Notes under the pieces: model-generated
Told to the model about the DNA's origin: nothing
The model's database searches: none
What the model saw: the letters and a program-made list of their open reading frames with translations, nothing else
Shown here: positions 1-11,306 of the stretch, piece after piece
Position numbering within the stretch: the stretch's first letter is position 1
Layout of the letters: each line of letters begins with the position of its first letter
Assembly (NCBI GenBank): GCA_046570105.1
Contig: JBKHVI010000004.1
Coordinates: 43,591 to 107,590 of the forward strand
From: Bacteriovoracia bacterium
Lineage (GTDB): Bacteria; Bdellovibrionota; Bacteriovoracia; Bacteriovoracales; Bacteriovoracaceae
Direction of reading: 5' to 3'
DNA: 64,000 bases
Program-made: the position numbers and the translations under genes

Positions 1-1130
<1,130 letters not shown>

Positions 1131-1135
1131 TTAAA

Positions 1136-1423
1136 TTATTGTAGAACGCCCAAGATCTCATCTTCTTTCATGATGAGGTAGTTCTCGCCGCCAACTTTAA
1201 CTTCTGTGCCTGAGTATTTTCCGAAAAGCACTTTGTCGCCTTTCTTCACATCTAGAGCTTTAACTGATCCGTCAGTCAGGCGGTAGCCAGTACCGACTGC
1301 GATCACTTCACCTTGAGCTGGTTTTTCTTTGTGATTGTCCGGGATGATGATGCCACCAACAGTTTTTGTTTCTTCTTCTACGCGCTTGATGAGAACGCGA
1401 TCTTGTAACGGCTTCACAGTCAT
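1136..1423 (-). CDS. groES: Co-chaperonin GroES
   Basis: [14 protein letters not shown]...GGIIIPD...[16 protein letters not shown] before ATG at 1423. Confidence 0.98.
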   Translation of the reverse strand: MTVKPLQDRVLIKRVEEETKTVGGIIIPDNHKEKPAQGEVIAVGTGYRLTDGSVKALDVKKGDKVLFGKYSGTEVKVGGENYLIMKEDEILGVLQ

Positions 1424-1495
1424 GGATATTCCTCCGGTTAAAATGCGCAATGCATTAAGTAAATTGAATTATGTAGTGTGCTTAATCGCAGACAC

Positions 1496-1523
1496 AATCT
1501 AATACCGGTCTCGCTGGTGTCAA
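1496..1523 (-). promoter_or_regulatory. Putative sigma70-type promoter of groESL
   Basis: Minus strand TTGACA-N16-TAGATT about 70 nt upstream of groES. Confidence 0.5.
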
Positions 1524-1600
1524 GGTTAGCCTCGAGAAGAAAATTTTTAGGTCGGTATAACCATTGAAAAACACGAGTAATGCGTTATGATAGGACCATC

Positions 1601-3129
1601 GTGAAAATGCCCTCTCTCAGCTCCGAACAAAAGTTTCTCCTCTCTACTGTGGTCATCGGTTTCACTGCGGGTCTAGTTGCCGTAGCTCTTGAGCGTCTAG
1701 TCCACCTCCTATCCCACCTTGCAGGCACTCAACAAACCTTCGGCCTCAAGGCATTTCTCATGGGGAGTGCCTTTATTTTAATGGCCGCTTTTTTAGCAAA
1801 AAAACTCCGGCCCTGATTGGCTCAGGTATCCCGCGCACCAAACTTCTTTTAGCAATTCATCATGGAATTATTCATTCCAAAGAATGGGTACAAAAGTTTT
1901 TTGCTACTGCTCTTACCCTGGGCGCAGGAATTCCGCTGGGACTTGAAGCACCTACTATTGCGGTTTCAGCGGGAATCGGATCAAGCCTTGGTCGAACTTT
2001 TTTCCGCGATGCCCGTAAAATAAGAGATCTCGTACATATCGGTTGTTCGGCTGGTATCGCGGCAGCTTTCAATGCTCCCATCGCAGCCGTCATTTTCACA
2101 CTAGAAGAAATGATTGGTAATATGAATGCTCGTGCCTTGGGGCCCATTCTTATTGGCTCTCTCGTCGCTTCTGTCACCGCTGCTACATTTAAAGGTGAGA
2201 ATTCTATCTTTATTGTGACCACCTATAAACTCGGTCATCCCTCGGAATTGATTTTCTATTTAGGCTTGGGGTTAGCTTCTGGATTAGCTGGACCACTCTT
2301 TGTTAGAAATATTGTGGGTGTCAAAAAACTCTCCAAGAAGATCTTTCGTCATCACTTTTTTACTCCCATGCTGATTGGTCTTTTATTAACGGGGCTCTTT
2401 TCTCTTTATCACCCTCTGGTAACTGGGCCGGGCGTACGTATCATTAACTCTCTTTTAGCTGGAGAAGTTTTCGATCTGAAAATTCTAGGCGGTATCATCG
2501 TTTTAAAATTCTTAGCGAGTGCATTCTGTTACGGAACTGGAATGAGTGGCGGAATTCTACTGCCTACTATGGTGATCGGAGCCGCTTTTGGAACTCTCTG
2601 GGGTGCTTTGAGTGCTCAAGTTCTGGGGTATAACGATATTCAACTAGGCGCCTATGCCTTGGTGGGTATCGGGGCCTTCTTAGCTGCAGTGATTAAAGCT
2701 CCATTCACTTCCATTGTTCTTGTATTTGAAATGACCCGTGATTATCGAATTGTTCTGCCACTGATGATTGCTAACTTGGTCGCTTGGCTGTTAGCGGAAA
2801 AACAATTCAAGGGTTCAATCTATGAATACATGGCGAATCTGGATGGACTGGAACTTCCGGCCGGAGAAGAAGATGAACTTAATCACACAGAAGTAGGTTC
2901 GTTTTATAAACCATCGCCAGAAATGCTGACAAAGACTTTGCCGTTTGGGGCCATGATTTATCCCGATCAATCAGTCTCATTAGCGCTGGTAAAATTGAAG
3001 AGAGAAAAATTTGAAGGCGAATTGGTCGTAGTTAATCGTCTCAATCCTCTCGAAAAACTCGGTACACTTCGCTTGCAAGATATTCTCAATCATCTCCAAA
3101 GCCAGGGTCAAAACGTCACCAGCAACTAA
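1601..3129 (+). pseudogene. ClC-family Cl-/H+ antiporter interrupted by a -1 frameshift near 1798-1815
   Basis: The N-terminal ORF (1580/1601-1816) stops at TGA. The -1 frame reads KKTPALIGSGIP...GLEAP...AAFNAPIAAVIFTLEE and is continuous with ORF 2110-3129 (SGGILLP, APFTSIVLVFEMT, SIYE, degenerate CBS tail). A7 run at 1798-1804. Confidence 0.85.
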
Positions 3130-3184
3130 AATACTCCGGCAATAAATTCCTGCGCATCCTCACGATTCCATCTGTTTACACTCC

Positions 3185-3211
3185 TCAAGTCCACCCCTCG
3201 CATTCCGAAAA
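3185..3211 (+). promoter_or_regulatory. Putative sigma28 (FliA)-type promoter
   Basis: TCAA-N15-TCCGAAAA versus consensus TAAA-N15-GCCGATAA, upstream of the lipoprotein gene at 3268. Confidence 0.4.
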
Positions 3212-3267
3212 GGTAAGTACGATACAATGGACCTAGAGCGTAGGGCCTTCCCAAGGAAAGGGGATGC

Positions 3268-3771
3268 ATGATCTCGATAGTTAAAAAAATGTTTCCGATC
3301 TGTCCCATGCTGATGATGCTCATCTCATGCGGAAAGAAAGTGGAAGACGGCTCAAGCACTGAGCGCCGAAGACTAGATTTGAATCTCCCTGAGACTCTAT
3401 CTATGGATTCGGAAGCGACAGGTGGTTTTAGCCGAACCGATGGAACTTATACTGTTCCACGTGATGGCGATATCGAACTTCCTGTCACAATCAGCTCTTC
3501 TGGTGCCACTGGCGGATTTGAAGTCAAACTCGAATTGAATTTGTTTGATGGAGAAGTAGAGTTCGATTGCGTCTGGAAAGGCCAAGGCAACTCTTATCGC
3601 TTCGTCTCATGCCAAGATCCTGATGGCCGCGACTTAGGTCTTACTGCAGACAATATCAGCGCATTCACCTTCCCTATTGATCAAGGCAAAACTCTTCGTC
3701 TCCGTCTCGAAGCTGCTCCTGTTAATACAACGGTCAAAGCTACTGCTTTGATGCCGGTTACTTGGAAGTAA
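3268..3771 (+). CDS. Hypothetical lipoprotein, beta-rich
   Basis: 167 aa ORF with lipobox LISC after a hydrophobic stretch; AAGGA/GGGA upstream. Confidence 0.75.
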   Translation: MISIVKKMFPICPMLMMLISCGKKVEDGSSTERRRLDLNLPETLSMDSEATGGFSRTDGTYTVPRDGDIELPVTISSSGATGGFEVKLELNLFDGEVEFDCVWKGQGNSYRFVSCQDPDGRDLGLTADNISAFTFPIDQGKTLRLRLEAAPVNTTVKATALMPVTWK

Positions 3772-3790
3772 TTCTCTAAAAAAATTTATC

Positions 3791-5629
3791 TTATTTAATC
3801 GATGCCGGAGCACGTGTCTTGTCTGGCATTAATCCTGCCTTGGATAAGGCCGCCATCTTTTCAGCTGAGCGCTGAGCAACCACACGATCGACCACTGCTT
3901 GCAGTTCTTCTTCTTTAAGAAAGCGCTGAAGGCGATGAACCAATAACACATCCAGTGCTTTGCCTGATTCTTCTTTCACCGACATCTTGAATAAGCGTGA
4001 TGAATTGGATGACAACCAACTATCTGTCACCTGTCCAAAGAGATAGTCTGTAATGACCCAATCTTTTTGCATCAGAGCGATATCAATTGGAGAACTGAAA
4101 CCTGAACCTTTGGAAGGATCGGCCCCGGCAGAGATAAGGAATTTTACGACTGGAAGATTCTGTTTATGAACCGCTACTTCTAGGGGTGTGACACCAAACA
4201 AGAGATACTGGCGGGCATTGATATAAGTGGCGTGACGAGTGTAGCTTTTTAACTCATCTAAGTTACCGCGCTCAACTAACTGCAGATAAACTCTGTTTTG
4301 CTGAACATTGGTGTAAGTCAGAAGTCCTGTTAGCATGAAAAGAGAAAAACCCATCGCTAAGGCGCGCGGAGAAGCCGCTCGAAAACTCACTTCAAGCATA
4401 CGGCTCACGGCCGATTGGTTCCAGTCGTAAGCCACACCCAGTGCAATTTTGGTACGGACGTTTTCAATACGCGTTTCAATTTCTGGATGAGTTTTAAACG
4501 GGTTCCAAGAAGGTTGACGACGGGCCTCTTCACGGAATTTGCGTGCCACTTTAAGAAGAGCCGTTTCCATATCTTCTAAACGAATACCGAGCTTCATCAC
4601 CGCAAAAGCATCAGCTTCGTGCTCTTGACGACGATAATTTCTAAACAGCCAAGAAACGATCATGATGTAACTTAAAACCAAAGTCACAACCAGTGAGCCA
4701 CCAAAGATGACGATACTGGTTGATGGATCATCACTTATGACCAGAGTCAGAACCATACTCAAGATAAGTGATGAGATAAGTGAAATAACTAAACCGAATA
4801 CCAACAAGAATGCGTACGTAATTCGTTTGAGAAGATGGCCATTGGCCATGTGACCTAGCTCGTGACAAATAACTGCATCAAACTCATCTCGGGTGAGCAG
4901 GTCACGCAAGCTGCGACCAATGAACATAGTTTGATTGGAAAAGCCAAACCACTTAAATCCCACCACAAAAGCGTTATTGAAATCGGGAATATCGATCCAG
5001 CGCAAACGAACATCTTGCCATTCGATTTGCACCAAACGTTTACGAATCATCTCCAAGTGCTCTTCTTCGACGATGGCACTGTTGGGGATCATCTTCAGCA
5101 TGAACATAACGGAGAATACGATAGTTAATAAAGACAGCACCACAATACGTCCCACTGTGAAGACCAAAACTTCCATGGCATCAATACGGCCGACAGGTGA
5201 ATCGATCAAAGTGGCATTTAAGAATTGAAAAATAAAAAAGGGCGCCAAGAGTGCAGCTGTCAAACGCAGATAAGAGAGCATTGATTTAATAAAGCGCTCA
5301 GGAGAAGTATCTGCCAGTCTTCTATGCCAAGGATAGAGCAAGGTGATCTGAAAAACATAGGTCGTTAGAATTGATCCCAAACCAAAAATGACAAATTGAT
5401 TGGAGGTAGAAAAACTATGTGGGACAAGTTGTGAGATCGCTAAGTAGGCCGCAAAGTGAGCAAAGTATAAAACACCAAAAGGCCGATTCACCAAACGATG
5501 AAATTCATCTAACGAAATATTTTGCGCGTTTTCACCTTTAAAGGGTTTCAAAAGTGAGTAATGCCACCACAAAGCGAAGCTTGAATAAATCACAAAACTA
5601 ACAATGATGATGGCAAGAATAGCAGACAC
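3791..5629 (-). CDS. Membrane Zn metalloprotease (M48/HtpX-Ste24-like) with C-terminal ankyrin repeats
   Basis: Multiple TM helices; NAFVVG, HELGH, EHEADAFA and THP motifs; C-terminal GVTPLEVAVH...LISAGADP and SPIDIAL ankyrin-like repeats. GTG start with GGAGG RBS. Confidence 0.85.
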   Translation of the reverse strand: MSAILAIIIVSFVIYSSFALWWHYSLLKPFKGENAQNISLDEFHRLVNRPFGVLYFAHFAAYLAISQLVPHSFSTSNQFVIFGLGSILTTYVFQITLLYPWHRRLADTSPERFIKSMLSYLRLTAALLAPFFIFQFLNATLIDSPVGRIDAMEVLVFTVGRIVVLSLLTIVFSVMFMLKMIPNSAIVEEEHLEMIRKRLVQIEWQDVRLRWIDIPDFNNAFVVGFKWFGFSNQTMFIGRSLRDLLTRDEFDAVICHELGHMANGHLLKRITYAFLLVFGLVISLISSLILSMVLTLVISDDPSTSIVIFGGSLVVTLVLSYIMIVSWLFRNYRRQEHEADAFAVMKLGIRLEDMETALLKVARKFREEARRQPSWNPFKTHPEIETRIENVRTKIALGVAYDWNQSAVSRMLEVSFRAASPRALAMGFSLFMLTGLLTYTNVQQNRVYLQLVERGNLDELKSYTRHATYINARQYLLFGVTPLEVAVHKQNLPVVKFLISAGADPSKGSGFSSPIDIALMQKDWVITDYLFGQVTDSWLSSNSSRLFKMSVKEESGKALDVLLVHRLQRFLKEEELQAVVDRVVAQRSAEKMAALSKAGLMPDKTRAPASIK

Positions 5630-5706
5630 GAGAATCCCTCCCAGGGTCTTACTTTCTTTTCGTCAATTTGGAGTGTTAACTATAGTACCCGAGTGAGTTC
5701 GACGGA

Positions 5707-6117
5707 TTAAAAACAAGAGCGTTTGTAGTGCATGAAAACCATTGATTGATGAACCAAACCAAGGCTGTAGTCACCAATTTTGGCCCTCACACGTACTGGA
5801 ATCTTATAGTCAGTTAATCCCGTACAATTATAACCGGCCGCTCCGCCTGCAATAAGTTGGGTCATCCAAGGTGTGAGTTTCTCTCGTAAATAATTGGCAT
5901 CGTATTCACGCATGGATTCTTTTTGGCATTCCGAGCGACAAGACTTCTGTGCTTCGGCATCATACTTTCCAAAATAGCTGGTTTTGAACTCACCCACTGA
6001 GTAACTACCGACCTTTTTGGAAACGGAAAGCGGTGCCACCGCGAAAACTTCGCACTGGCAATAATCCGCTAAAACCTGTGAGCTCCAAAGAAGGAGAATA
6101 AAACCAAATATTTTCAT
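5707..6117 (-). CDS. Hypothetical secreted Cys-rich protein
   Basis: Signal peptide (VLA/DY) and 6 Cys in 136 aa; directly downstream of polA. Confidence 0.75.
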   Translation of the reverse strand: MKIFGFILLLWSSQVLADYCQCEVFAVAPLSVSKKVGSYSVGEFKTSYFGKYDAEAQKSCRSECQKESMREYDANYLREKLTPWMTQLIAGGAAGYNCTGLTDYKIPVRVRAKIGDYSLGLVHQSMVFMHYKRSCF

Positions 6118-6146
6118 TCATTGGTTTTATCGGTTGAGTCTGAAGG

Positions 6147-8777
6147 CTACTTTAACTCGTACCAATTCAGTCCAGTTCCCATGTCGACTCTAAGAGGAAT
6201 TCGCAATTTAACGGCGTTTTCCATGCGATCACGGACAATTTTGGCAATCAGCGCTTCTTCTTCAGGGGGAACTTCTAGGATCAATTCATCGTGCACTTGG
6301 AGGAGAAGCTTGGATTTGAGTTTTTTATCCAAGAGATCCTGCTGTAAATTGACCATCGCGAGTTTAATAATGTCCGCTGCAGTTCCTTGAATCGGACTGT
6401 TGATGGCAATTCGCTCTGCCATAGATTTCACTTGGCGATTTTGTGATTTAATTTCTGGAATAAGCCGTTTACGACCAAAGAGTGTTTCGGCATAACCAGT
6501 CTCTTCCGCTTTTTCTTTGAGCGAGTCTAAGTAACCCTTCACTCTCCCGAAACGTTGAAAATAGAGCTTAATATAATCGCGCGCCTCATTTTGCGAAATT
6601 CGTAAAGATTGCGACAAACCAAACGCCCCTTGGCCATACATCAAACCGAAGTTAATCGCCTTAGCGCTATTACGCTGCTCTTTTGTCACTTCAGTAAGCT
6701 TAATTCCAAAAACTTCGGCAGCGGTTTGCTGGTGAATATCTTTATCGTTGGCAAAAGCATCCAACATCACTGGATCTTCCGTGAAGTGAGCGAGAATGCG
6801 TAGTTCAACTTGTGAATAGTCGGCGGAGAGAAGAATTTTTCCAGGCTCAGCGACAAATCCGCGACGTAAACGTCGTCCATTCTCAGTACGAACCGGAATG
6901 TTCTGTAAATTCGGATTATCTGATGACAAACGGCCAGTCGCCGCATTGCCTGGACGAAAGTGAGTATGCAAACGGCCATCACTTGCGACTAAGCGAGGGA
7001 GCACTTTTACATAAGTTGAATTAAGTTTTTCAAGTTCACGGTACTTGAGCAGCATCTCTGGAATTGGATTCACCTTCATGGCCGCCAGTTCTTCTAAAAC
7101 ATCGGCGTCTGTCGAATACCCCGTTTTAGTTTTCTTAATGACGGGCAGTGATTGCTCTTCAAAAAGCATTTGCGCGACCTGCTTGGGTGATTTTAAATTC
7201 ACCGGATGTCCTGCGAGAGTCTCCACTTCTTTTTCGATACTGGTCGTTTGAAGAGCAAATTCTTTTTCAAGTTCAGTGAAGAACTTCACATCTAGTGAAA
7301 TTCCCTCGAGCTCCATGCGTGCCAAAACTTTAATCAACGGCAAATCAAGTTCGCGATAAGGACGATCGAGATCCTGCTCTTTTAATTTACGAGAAAGCTC
7401 TTTAGACACCTGCTCAATAACTCGCGCATGAGCAACAACAGCTTCCAAATTTACACTTTGCTCCAGTAGATCGCCCTGCCCTTCCGATTCTATTGAAGGC
7501 AGACCTTCATCACGATATTCCCGCGAGAGAGTATCAAGATCGTGACGCCCCTCAGGGGAGAGCACAAAACAGGCCTGCGCCAAATCTTCGCCGTCGGTGA
7601 GTTCAAAACCAAAACGCAAGAAGCGCAACCAAATAGGCTTAAGCTCCCAGGCCAGTATTCTTTTTTGACTTAAGGCCAGAGTTTTCCAAAATTCTTTTTC
7701 GTCAGGAAAATTTCCAACGACGGCTGCAGTCTCATGTACGAGAGCAACATTTGTGAGCGCGGCAAAAGGATCAAGCTCATCGCTAAATAGTGGATAAACA
7801 CTGACACTCTCCGAGGCCTTACTTAAAAACTGCTCCAGTTCTTTAATTGAACTGATTTCTTTCATCACTTTGGGTGCTTCCGCTTTCTTTTCAACAGGCT
7901 TGGCAGTTGTGGCAGAAGGCAACCCTTCCACCGGTCCAATTTTCGCCAGGAAACTTCTAAAACCTAGACGATCTAAATAAGCTGCTAGTTCTGCATCCGC
8001 TTTGAAACTAAAGACCATGTCATTGGCCTTGAGTGGAAGAGTAAGATCACACTTGATAGTAGCGAGCTCTTTTGAAATACGGGCAAGATCGGCATGCTCT
8101 TTCAGCGCACTTTGCGTTTTTTTAGCCGTCACTTCATCTGCGCGCTTTAAGATTTCTTCTAAAGTTCCAAATTGTTTTAAGAGAGCTGATGCTCCTTTCG
8201 GCCCAATACCAGGAACACCTGGAATATTGTCCGATGAATCTCCAATCAAAGAGAGGTAATCCACTATCTGCGCTGGTGGTACACCCATCTTGTCTTCCAC
8301 ATCAGCTGGACCATAAGTTTTCTCTTTCATAGTATCGAGCATCTTCACGTGCTCGTTCACAAACTGCATAAGGTCTTTATCACCCGAAGCGATGAGGACT
8401 TCATCAAATTCGTTTTGGTGACGAGTGATGACTGTTCCAATAATGTCGTCGGCCTCAAAACCTGGCATCGCAATAGTAGGAAGATGTAATCTCTCAAGCA
8501 GTGTATCGATCAGAGCAAATTGAGGGATGAGGTCTTGAGGTGGCTCAGAGCGATTGGCTTTATATTCAGGATACAAGGCCGTACGAAAAGATGGACCCTT
8601 AGTATCACGGGCACAAATCACGTGCGTCGGCTTCATGTCAGTGATCAAACGATGAAACATGGAGAGCACGCCGTAAACAGCATTAACGGGAGTTCCGTCG
8701 GGAGCAGTTAACGGTCTGATAGCGAAGAAGGCGCGAAAAATAAAATTGCTCACATCGATGATGATCAAACGACGCAT
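6147..8777 (-). CDS. polA: DNA polymerase I
   Basis: 5'-3' exonuclease (EADDIIGT, GDSSDNIPGVPGIGPK); polymerase motifs DYSQVELR, AKAINFGLMYG and LLQVHDEL. GGAG RBS before ATG 8777. Confidence 0.98.
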   Translation of the reverse strand: MRRLIIIDVSNFIFRAFFAIRPLTAPDGTPVNAVYGVLSMFHRLITDMKPTHVICARDTKGPSFRTALYPEYKANRSEPPQDLIPQFALIDTLLERLHLPTIAMPGFEADDIIGTVITRHQNEFDEVLIASGDKDLMQFVNEHVKMLDTMKEKTYGPADVEDKMGVPPAQIVDYLSLIGDSSDNIPGVPGIGPKGASALLKQFGTLEEILKRADEVTAKKTQSALKEHADLARISKELATIKCDLTLPLKANDMVFSFKADAELAAYLDRLGFRSFLAKIGPVEGLPSATTAKPVEKKAEAPKVMKEISSIKELEQFLSKASESVSVYPLFSDELDPFAALTNVALVHETAAVVGNFPDEKEFWKTLALSQKRILAWELKPIWLRFLRFGFELTDGEDLAQACFVLSPEGRHDLDTLSREYRDEGLPSIESEGQGDLLEQSVNLEAVVAHARVIEQVSKELSRKLKEQDLDRPYRELDLPLIKVLARMELEGISLDVKFFTELEKEFALQTTSIEKEVETLAGHPVNLKSPKQVAQMLFEEQSLPVIKKTKTGYSTDADVLEELAAMKVNPIPEMLLKYRELEKLNSTYVKVLPRLVASDGRLHTHFRPGNAATGRLSSDNPNLQNIPVRTENGRRLRRGFVAEPGKILLSADYSQVELRILAHFTEDPVMLDAFANDKDIHQQTAAEVFGIKLTEVTKEQRNSAKAINFGLMYGQGAFGLSQSLRISQNEARDYIKLYFQRFGRVKGYLDSLKEKAEETGYAETLFGRKRLIPEIKSQNRQVKSMAERIAINSPIQGTAADIIKLAMVNLQQDLLDKKLKSKLLLQVHDELILEVPPEEEALIAKIVRDRMENAVKLRIPLRVDMGTGLNWYELK

Positions 8778-8794
8778 GGGAGACTCCAAATTTT

Positions 8795-9289
8795 TTAAGG
8801 GATCATCGGCTTACGATCTTCAAACCAAGTCTGGCGTCTGACACTCATACTTTGAGGATCATTGCCTACGACAGTTGTGTCTGCCATGACATCACCTAAG
8901 CGGTGAGCCGAATCGAGCTTAAATAAAAAATATAATTCTAAAAAACTGAGTGGAATCGATAAAAGCACACACAGAATCCATCCCCAAAACGGAACCATCG
9001 CTAATCCGATAGGTAAAAGGAAAGGAAGATTGCGGATAAAAGACTGGCGCATTCCGCAAGGACGACCATCTTCTAAAGAGACAACACGAAAGCCGATGAT
9101 TCTTTTACCTAATGATTGGCCGTCAAAAAGTGAGTCTGAAATGGCCAAATAACCGAGGGCCAGGGCCAATCCCCAGGGATAGCCAAAAAAAGCCAAAATG
9201 ACGACCAGTCCTAAGTCGATACTTTTAGCGATTAGTCGTGCAATGCGGGCACGGCGTGGCCCAACAGAAAGAAGGTATTTACGATCCAT
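8795..9289 (-). CDS. RDD-family membrane protein
   Basis: RLIAKSID, GQSLGKRIIGFRVV and RLGDVMADTTVV are typical RDD motifs. Confidence 0.9.
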   Translation of the reverse strand: MDRKYLLSVGPRRARIARLIAKSIDLGLVVILAFFGYPWGLALALGYLAISDSLFDGQSLGKRIIGFRVVSLEDGRPCGMRQSFIRNLPFLLPIGLAMVPFWGWILCVLLSIPLSFLELYFLFKLDSAHRLGDVMADTTVVGNDPQSMSVRRQTWFEDRKPMIP

Positions 9290-9417
9290 GGGCCAATCAT
9301 ACCGGACGTATCACTTGTTTTCCAGGTGCTTGCCTTGCCGGAAACACTGTCTTCAGCTAAAGTGAAGGTGATTATACTGTGGCGCTGCAATAAAAAGCGC
9401 CCTTTAAGGAGAACCCC

Positions 9418-9741
9418 ATGGCCAATCTTAAAAGTGTCACCAACGATAACTTCGAGCAAGAAGTCATCAATTCATCTACCCCTGTCCTGGTTGATTTCTG
9501 GGCCGAGTGGTGTGGACCTTGTCGTGCTTTGGGCCCAGTACTTGAAGAAGTAGCTGCGGAAAATACCGGAAAAGTTCAAATCGTAAAAGTTAACGTTGAT
9601 GAAGCTCCTGAGCTCGCCAACCGTTTCGGTATTCGCGGAATTCCAACGATGATTTTGTTCAAAGGTGGCGAAGTAAAAAGCACTTTGATGGGCAATCAGC
9701 CAAAAGCTGAAATCGTTAAACAAATTAACTCTCTCGCCTAA
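9418..9741 (+). CDS. trxA: Thioredoxin
   Basis: VDFWAEWCGPC active site, GIPT; AAGGAG RBS. Confidence 0.97.
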   Translation: MANLKSVTNDNFEQEVINSSTPVLVDFWAEWCGPCRALGPVLEEVAAENTGKVQIVKVNVDEAPELANRFGIRGIPTMILFKGGEVKSTLMGNQPKAEIVKQINSLA

Positions 9742-10322
9742 TGAATTTCATTCGTGAAGCGTACCAAGAGGCCCGTCACACTCTCGATCAATTTTTCGAG
9801 AGTGAGGCGCAGATTGCTTTGGTTGAAAAAGCCATCGGGACTTTTGTTACGAGCTTCAAAAATGGTGGACACGTATTTAGCTGCGGAAATGGCGGCTCCA
9901 TGTGTGACTCACTTCATTTTGCCGAAGAACTCACTGGTCGCTATCGCAAAGATCGCCGCCCCCTACCGGCGACGGGTATTAGTGAGGCAGGACATATAAC
10001 TTGCATCGCTAACGACTTCGGTTTCGAGTACATCTTCTCTCGCTACATCGAAGCATGGGGCGGAAAGAATGATACCCTGCTCGCGATCTCAACCAGCGGA
10101 AACTCAGCTAACGTCATTAAGGCCGTGGAGGCTGCCAAGGCCCACGGGATGAAAGTCGTCGCTCTTTTAGGTAAAGACGGCGGTAAGCTCAAATCCATGG
10201 TAGATGTCCCATTAATCATCCCTTGTGGCATAACTGACCGAATTCAGGAAGTTCACATCAAGCTTATTCATATCTTTATTGAGGGAATTGAGCGCGAACT
10301 TTTCCCCGAAAATTACCGCTAA
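9741..10322 (+). CDS. gmhA: D-sedoheptulose 7-phosphate isomerase
   Basis: CGNGGS, HFAEELTGRY, ISTSGNS, DRIQEVH; TAATG overlap with trxA. Confidence 0.96.
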   Translation: MNFIREAYQEARHTLDQFFESEAQIALVEKAIGTFVTSFKNGGHVFSCGNGGSMCDSLHFAEELTGRYRKDRRPLPATGISEAGHITCIANDFGFEYIFSRYIEAWGGKNDTLLAISTSGNSANVIKAVEAAKAHGMKVVALLGKDGGKLKSMVDVPLIIPCGITDRIQEVHIKLIHIFIEGIERELFPENYR

Positions 10323-10408
10323 ACGCCTGTAAAGTTTACTCAAATTTCGCAATGCATCACAATTTATGTTATGAACGCCCCGTTAAATACATTTAAACGA
10401 GGTGTTCT

Positions 10409-11296
10409 ATGCGTGGGTTTATTGCTCTAGCGTTCCTACTGTCCGCCTTTCAAGCGTTGGCAGGGGAAACATTAACAACTGTGGTCTCTGTGGTTGATTC
10501 CATGAAGACTGGACGTATCTTGATCCTTTCAGCGGTTGATGGTCGTGTCTATAAGACTGAGCCAACTGAAGGTATGAAGAAACATCTTGAAGGTTTCATC
10601 AATCGTCCTGTGCGCTTGCTTTGGACAGAACGCGGAGAAGAACGTCTCGTCACACATATCGAAGCGCTTAATCCCAACGCAGTAGCAGCTGAAGGTCTTG
10701 ACCTTAATCCATTTGCTCCAAGTGCAGATCGCGATGTTCCACCGACAGATGTTGGCTCATACAAGAACGCCGAACGCATGTTTAACACTCTTAACGATGG
10801 TGATAAGTCTCGTTCTCAGTGTTTCAAGCGCGCCCACATCTGGGCCTGGGATATGTGGTCTAACTTTGGTGTTCAAAGTCAAAAAATCTACATCTTCTAT
10901 ACTCGCCGCTACATTCAACTTGAAGAGTTCGACTGGTGGTTTCACGTAGCACCCGTAGTAACTGCTGACGGTGTTGATTATGTTTTTGATCGCACATACT
11001 TGAAGAAGCCAGCCACTATTAAAGAGTGGAAAGAAAAATTCATGAAAGGCTCAATCACATGTAGCGATATGGACAATATCGCCACTTACGATAACAACCA
11101 GTGGTCACGTCTTTGTTTCTTAATGAAGACTCCTATGTGGTACTTCCGTCCTTTGGATATTCGTAATCGTGATGAGAAAGGAATTGAGAAAAATAACTGG
11201 GTATTGATGGAACTCCAAGATTCTCGCCGCGCTTTCAAAGATGGCGAAGATATCTACGAAGCTCTCGATACCGGCAAACGTACTGTGACTCACTAA
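10409..11296 (+). CDS. Secreted protein with protein-glutaminase-like (Cys-His-Asp) domain
   Basis: Signal peptide (ALA/GE); QCFKRAH, WWFHVAP and VFD motifs match the protein-glutaminase catalytic pattern. Confidence 0.75.
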   Translation: MRGFIALAFLLSAFQALAGETLTTVVSVVDSMKTGRILILSAVDGRVYKTEPTEGMKKHLEGFINRPVRLLWTERGEERLVTHIEALNPNAVAAEGLDLNPFAPSADRDVPPTDVGSYKNAERMFNTLNDGDKSRSQCFKRAHIWAWDMWSNFGVQSQKIYIFYTRRYIQLEEFDWWFHVAPVVTADGVDYVFDRTYLKKPATIKEWKEKFMKGSITCSDMDNIATYDNNQWSRLCFLMKTPMWYFRPLDIRNRDEKGIEKNNWVLMELQDSRRAFKDGEDIYEALDTGKRTVTH

Positions 11297-11306
11297 GGAC
11301 TAACAT

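Noticed and set aside
1424..1600. CIRCE/HrcA operator upstream of groES
   Set aside because: No TTAGCACTC-N9-GAGTGCTAA match found.
10330..10356. Sigma28 promoter at TAAAGTTT upstream of the glutaminase-like gene
   Set aside because: Good -35 box, but no GCCGATAA-like -10 at the required spacing.
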